Positions 62,432 to 64,000 of a stretch of 64,000 bases of DNA are shown piece by piece. The translations under genes and the position numbers were made by a program. This DNA comes from the human T2T-CHM13v2.0 reference genome, Homo sapiens: assembly GCF_009914755.1 (NCBI RefSeq), contig NC_060930.1, one strand, 5' to 3'. Within the stretch, counting starts at the first letter, position 1. Every line of letters begins with the position of its first letter. The notes beneath the pieces were generated by a model. It was not told where the DNA came from, ran no database searches, and saw only the letters and a program-made list of their open reading frames with translations.

Positions 62432-62953
62432 TTTTAAATAATTTTATTTTAGAAGAGTTTTAAATTTACATAAAAGTTGCAATGGTAGTACAGAGTTGCC
62501 ATCCGCTCCACAGTCAGTTTCCCCTGATGTTAACATCTCTCATTACTATGGTCCATTTGTCACAGCTAATGAAGCCATTTTCATACCTTATTATTACTAA
62601 ACTGCAGACTTTATTTGGAGTTCATTAGCGTTCCCCTAATGTCCTTTCTGTGTTTCAGGATTCCATGGAGAATATCACACTACATTTAGTCTCCGTCGTG
62701 CCTCCGCGGCATCCTCTGGTCTGTGACAGTTCCTGAGATTTTCCTAATTTTTGATGCCCTTCACAATATTGGGAAGTACTGACCAGATATATTGTAAAAT
62801 GTCCCTCAAACTGAATTTAGTTGGGGTGTAGATCATGGTTAGACTATGGTTATGGGTGTTTAGATGAGGTGAAGTGCTATTCTCCAAACACCTTATCAAG
62901 GTTATAGAATATCAATTTCATGTACCACTGTTGATGTTGAAGTTGATCACCTG
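62432..62953 (-). mobile_element. Old L1MC/MD 3' end
   Basis: ttttaaatttacataaaagttgcaa...agtttcccctgatgttaacatc. Confidence 0.65.
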
Positions 62954-63425
62954 GTATATTAGCTTCCTGTAGCTGCCACAACAAATGCCCTCAAAGTTGG
63001 CAACTTACAACAACAGAAAATTATTCTTTCACAGTTCTGGAGGCCCAAACTGCAAAATCAATATGCAGGGCCTCACTCCCTCTGAAAGCTCTAAGAGCAA
63101 ATCCATTCCTTGAGTCCTCCAGCTCTGGCAGCTGCAGGGCATTGGTCAGCGTTCTTTGGCTTGTAGCCCCATTGCTCTAGTCTCTGCCTCATTCTTCACA
63201 TCACCTTCTCCTCTTCTGACTCTCTCTTCTGTGTACCTGTTAGAAAGACACTTGTCATTGGATCTAGAGCCCACCTGGGTCATCTAGGAGGATCTCCTCA
63301 TTTCAGTATCCTCCGCTTAATTACATCTGCAAAGACCCTTTTTTTCCAAACAACTTGACATTCACAGCTGCTGGGCACTAAGACAGAAACATATCTTTAT
63401 GGGGTCCACCATTCAACCCACTACA
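62954..63425 (-). mobile_element. MLT1C-like MaLR LTR
   Basis: tatattagcttcctgtagctgccacaacaaa...attacatctgcaaagaccc...ccattcaacccactaca. Confidence 0.8.
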
Positions 63426-63454
63426 TCTGGCTAAGCTAATATTTCCAGAATGGC

Positions 63455-64000
63455 AATCCATCAGTGCACCCTAGGTTACAATCCTCATTCTCATTCCCAA
63501 ATAAACTCAACATATTTGGACATTTCTAATGTCATGTTTTTTAGGTTGAATAATCTAGTGTCAGAAATGATCCTGAAGAAAGATTATCTTTGGAAGAGAC
63601 TTATACTGAGTTTGTTGCTTGATTTTTCCTCTGCTTCTGAATATCTTTTGAGAGCAAAATTTACTTTCTAAAATGGTAAGGATGAGTCAACTCCTTAAAA
63701 GCTGTTTGGGCTGTTGTCACCATTCTATGTGAGCCTTCAGTCTCCCCAAAGAGAAATTTTTTGTTGTCAGGATAAAGTGGTACATGAATAAACAAGATTT
63801 CCATTAGGCAGCGTGCCAGTCTCAAGAAAATTCTGGAGAAAATGGTGACAGGATAGACAATTAGATCACAGGCTGCCTGCACATCAAGTAAAAACAAAAA
63901 TCCTATGCTAGGCACACACTATTAAAAAACAAATCGCTCCAACCCCTACCATTTCCTCACAGAGATTATAGAATTTTTCTTTTGCTGTTGAGAAATTAAT
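63455..64000 (+). mobile_element. Possible old ERV LTR 3' end, Leu-tRNA-like PBS and internal sequence
   Basis: aaataaactc...ttttaggttgaa followed by aatctagtgtcagaaatga, resembling tggtgtcagaagtgg. Confidence 0.4.

Overview
This is primate, almost certainly human, genomic DNA from the MHC class I region. It has no intact host protein-coding gene, RNA gene or CRISPR array. The only host-gene relic is a MIC-family (MICA/MICB-like) pseudogene on the + strand at ~22.9-27.6 kb. It has exons 2-6 with GT-AG junctions, stops and frameshifts, and no exon 1. It is most likely MICC, because no HLA class I gene lies nearby. Most of the rest is layered transposable elements: Alus, a full-length but disabled L1PA (38.5-44.65 kb), other L1s, THE1/MST/MLT MaLRs, an LTR13 solo LTR, an HML-6/MER41 chimeric ERV, Tigger3b, MER1B and MER2. 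CpG-rich gene-less islands lie at 59.3-62.3 kb. The most notable hidden structure is a collinear inverted duplication flanking the MIC pseudogene. The left arm (~5.1-10.1 kb) mirrors the right arm (~29.4-37.5 kb and ~61.45-62.26 kb). The arms share a Tigger3b/old-L1/MER2 stack, and each carries a strong CTCF motif pointing outward. Other notable items are a MICB-like conversion-type tract in the pseudogene, an open extended L1 ORF0, an intact L1 endonuclease ORF and a twin-primed L1 insertion. Repeat subfamily names and MICA/MICB comparisons come from recalled consensus sequences. Repeat boundaries without a stated TSD are approximate, and identities are hand-counted.
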